Of a stretch of DNA of 27,563 nt, positions 26,016-27,563 are shown in pieces. Position numbers and translations under genes: made by a program. Location of the stretch: the NCBI GenBank assembly GCA_039588275.1, contig JBDHAC010000046.1, positions 1-27,563 on the forward strand. The letters run 5' to 3'. This DNA is from Gemmatimonadota bacterium. GTDB lineage: Bacteria; Gemmatimonadota; Gemmatimonadetes; Palauibacterales; Palauibacteraceae. Below the pieces are notes generated by a model. That model was given only the letters and a program-made list of their open reading frames with translations. It did no database searches and had not been told where the DNA came from. Position 1 is the first letter of the stretch. Each line of letters starts with the position of its first letter.

Positions 26016-27494
26016 TCAGTTTCCGTTGCGACTGATCCCGGGCACGCCGCTCCGGCTCCGAATCCGCTCGAGTAGATCCTGCTGCTGGACGAGCGACAGC
26101 GGAACGGTAACCACCTGATCCCCCTCCTCGAGACCTCGCAGGACCTGGGTATGGTCGAAGTCGCTCAGTCCGATCATGATCGGCTTGAGACTCAAGGCGC
26201 CGCTCTCATCGGCCACGAACACGAAAGCAGGCTTCGGGCGCGAGGGATCCCCGCGGTCCGCCTGTGCCTGCCCTTCGCGCTGCCGCCGGAAGAGTTGAAA
26301 AGCCCTCTGTCGATCGGCCTCGGACAGATTCGTGAACCACCGCCGGCGCTCGTCCTGCGACATCGTCGCGAGCCTCGAGACCGGTACACCGCCGATGGTC
26401 TCTTCAGACGCCTCGGCCTCGCCCGCGCTCTCGAGCTCACCCTCCGCTTCGCCGTTCCCACCCGGTGCGCCGGGTCCGCCTCGTCCGCCCTGCCGCATCT
26501 CACGCTGCAGCTCCTGAACGTCGGCATCGATCGCGAGCGCCTCTGCGAGCTGCGTCGCTTCCTGGGGTGTCTTGACGGCGCCGTTGGGGAGGGCGAGGAC
26601 ATCCGACTCACGCCCCACGACGACCTCGACATCCGCGTTCATACCGGGCTTGAGCAGGTCGTTCTCGTTGGCAATGCGGGTGAGCACCGCGAACATGGTG
26701 ACGTTCTGCTGCACCACTGCTTGCGGCTCGATCTTGAGGACGTTGCCGTTGAACCTCCGCTCCGGGTACGCCTCCACCGTGATCTCGGCGCCGAGGCCAG
26801 CCTCGAGCCGCCCGATGTCCGTCTCGTCCACCAGCGTTCGAACCTGCACCTCGTTCAGATCGGCCATCCGCATGAGGACCGTTCCGCCGGTCAGATCGCG
26901 AGTGCCGGTGATGACCTGCCCCTGCTCGACGGTTCGTTCGACGACCGTTCCGGAGATCGGAGCGCGCAGCGTGACGTCGTTGAGCCGGTCCTCGGCCAGC
27001 TCGAGGTTCGTCTGCGCACGGACCAGGACTGCCTTGGCGTTGGCGTGCTCGAGGATCGCGCCCTCGAGCTCCTCATCGGTCACGATGTCGGAGTCGTGCA
27101 GCGTGCGGATCCGCTCGAGCTGGCGGGTTGCCACATCGAATCGAGCTTCGGCGACCTCCAGATCGGCTGAAGCCTGCTCGAAGGCGTTCCGCACGTCGCG
27201 GGGGTCGATGCGCACGAGCAACGTGCCTTGCTCGACGTAGTCGCCGAGCTCGACGGGAAGCTCGAGGATCTCGCCCCCCGCCTGGGACTTGACCTCGATG
27301 ATGCGGATCGGCTCGATCGTCCCGGTTGCCTCGACGCTGGAGACGATCGTTTGTCGCTCGACGGTCGCCGTCGTCAGCGCCGATAGGGCCTCGTTCGCCT
27401 CCCCGGATTGGCACCCGGCGGCGGCCGCGGCCAGTGCGGCAACGATGCCGATCGGCCCACGGAGGTTTCTGCTTCGAGTCACCTTTGTATCCAT
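26016..27494 (-). CDS. Efflux periplasmic adaptor (MacA/HlyD-like membrane fusion protein)
   Basis: ATG.IEP...EVKS..GG.I, GD.VE.G.LL..ID, hairpin, LRAPISG.V, VDETDIG, LKPGM.A and GLEEGD.V. Lipobox AAGC. Start at 27494 or 27533. Confidence 0.92.
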   Translation of the reverse strand: MDTKVTRSRNLRGPIGIVAALAAAAAGCQSGEANEALSALTTATVERQTIVSSVEATGTIEPIRIIEVKSQAGGEILELPVELGDYVEQGTLLVRIDPRDVRNAFEQASADLEVAEARFDVATRQLERIRTLHDSDIVTDEELEGAILEHANAKAVLVRAQTNLELAEDRLNDVTLRAPISGTVVERTVEQGQVITGTRDLTGGTVLMRMADLNEVQVRTLVDETDIGRLEAGLGAEITVEAYPERRFNGNVLKIEPQAVVQQNVTMFAVLTRIANENDLLKPGMNADVEVVVGRESDVLALPNGAVKTPQEATQLAEALAIDADVQELQREMRQGGRGGPGAPGGNGEAEGELESAGEAEASEETIGGVPVSRLATMSQDERRRWFTNLSEADRQRAFQLFRRQREGQAQADRGDPSRPKPAFVFVADESGALSLKPIMIGLSDFDHTQVLRGLEEGDQVVTVPLSLVQQQDLLERIRSRSGVPGISRNGN

Positions 27495-27563
27495 TGCCCT
27501 GTCGTCTGGTCGCGGCTCATGCCGCTGTCTCATCGAGGTCTCGTTCGGAGGAGTCCGTGTCCG

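Noticed and set aside
1..27563. tRNA, tRNA-Sec, rRNA, CRISPR array, IS or prophage genes
   Set aside because: None was recognisable by eye. The intergenic spaces are short and show no cloverleaf or repeat-spacer pattern.

Overview
A high-GC bacterial chromosomal window. The gene repertoire is reminiscent of Gemmatimonadota, but that is inference only. The left half (1.6-14.7 kb) is an unbroken minus-strand run downstream of rho. It holds stand-alone, often exported enzymes (subclass B3 metallo-beta-lactamase, EEP phosphatase, creatininase-like protein, lipoprotein GH1 glycosidase, Tat FAD oxidoreductase), two methyltransferases, a VOC protein and a small lower-GC islet with gene remnants. The right half has an orphan MlaD and a plus-strand cluster: ssb, a CDP-alcohol phosphatidyltransferase, a TrxR-like ferredoxin-NADP reductase, an SbcD-like nuclease, an SbcC/YhaN-like ATPase with a hydrophobic hairpin, and an AhpD/CMD-family protein. 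It ends with patatin, a conserved hypothetical protein and a MacA-like adaptor plus MacB-like permease. The top signal is the AhpD/CMD gene (22263-22826), which the ORF track splits in two. It is one frame with an in-frame TGA exactly at the second Cys of the CxxC motif (C-R-Y-U), followed by a bacterial SECIS-like hairpin. It is therefore a probable selenoprotein, and it overlaps the end of the nuclease/ATPase operon. No rRNA, tRNA, CRISPR array or transposase was seen.
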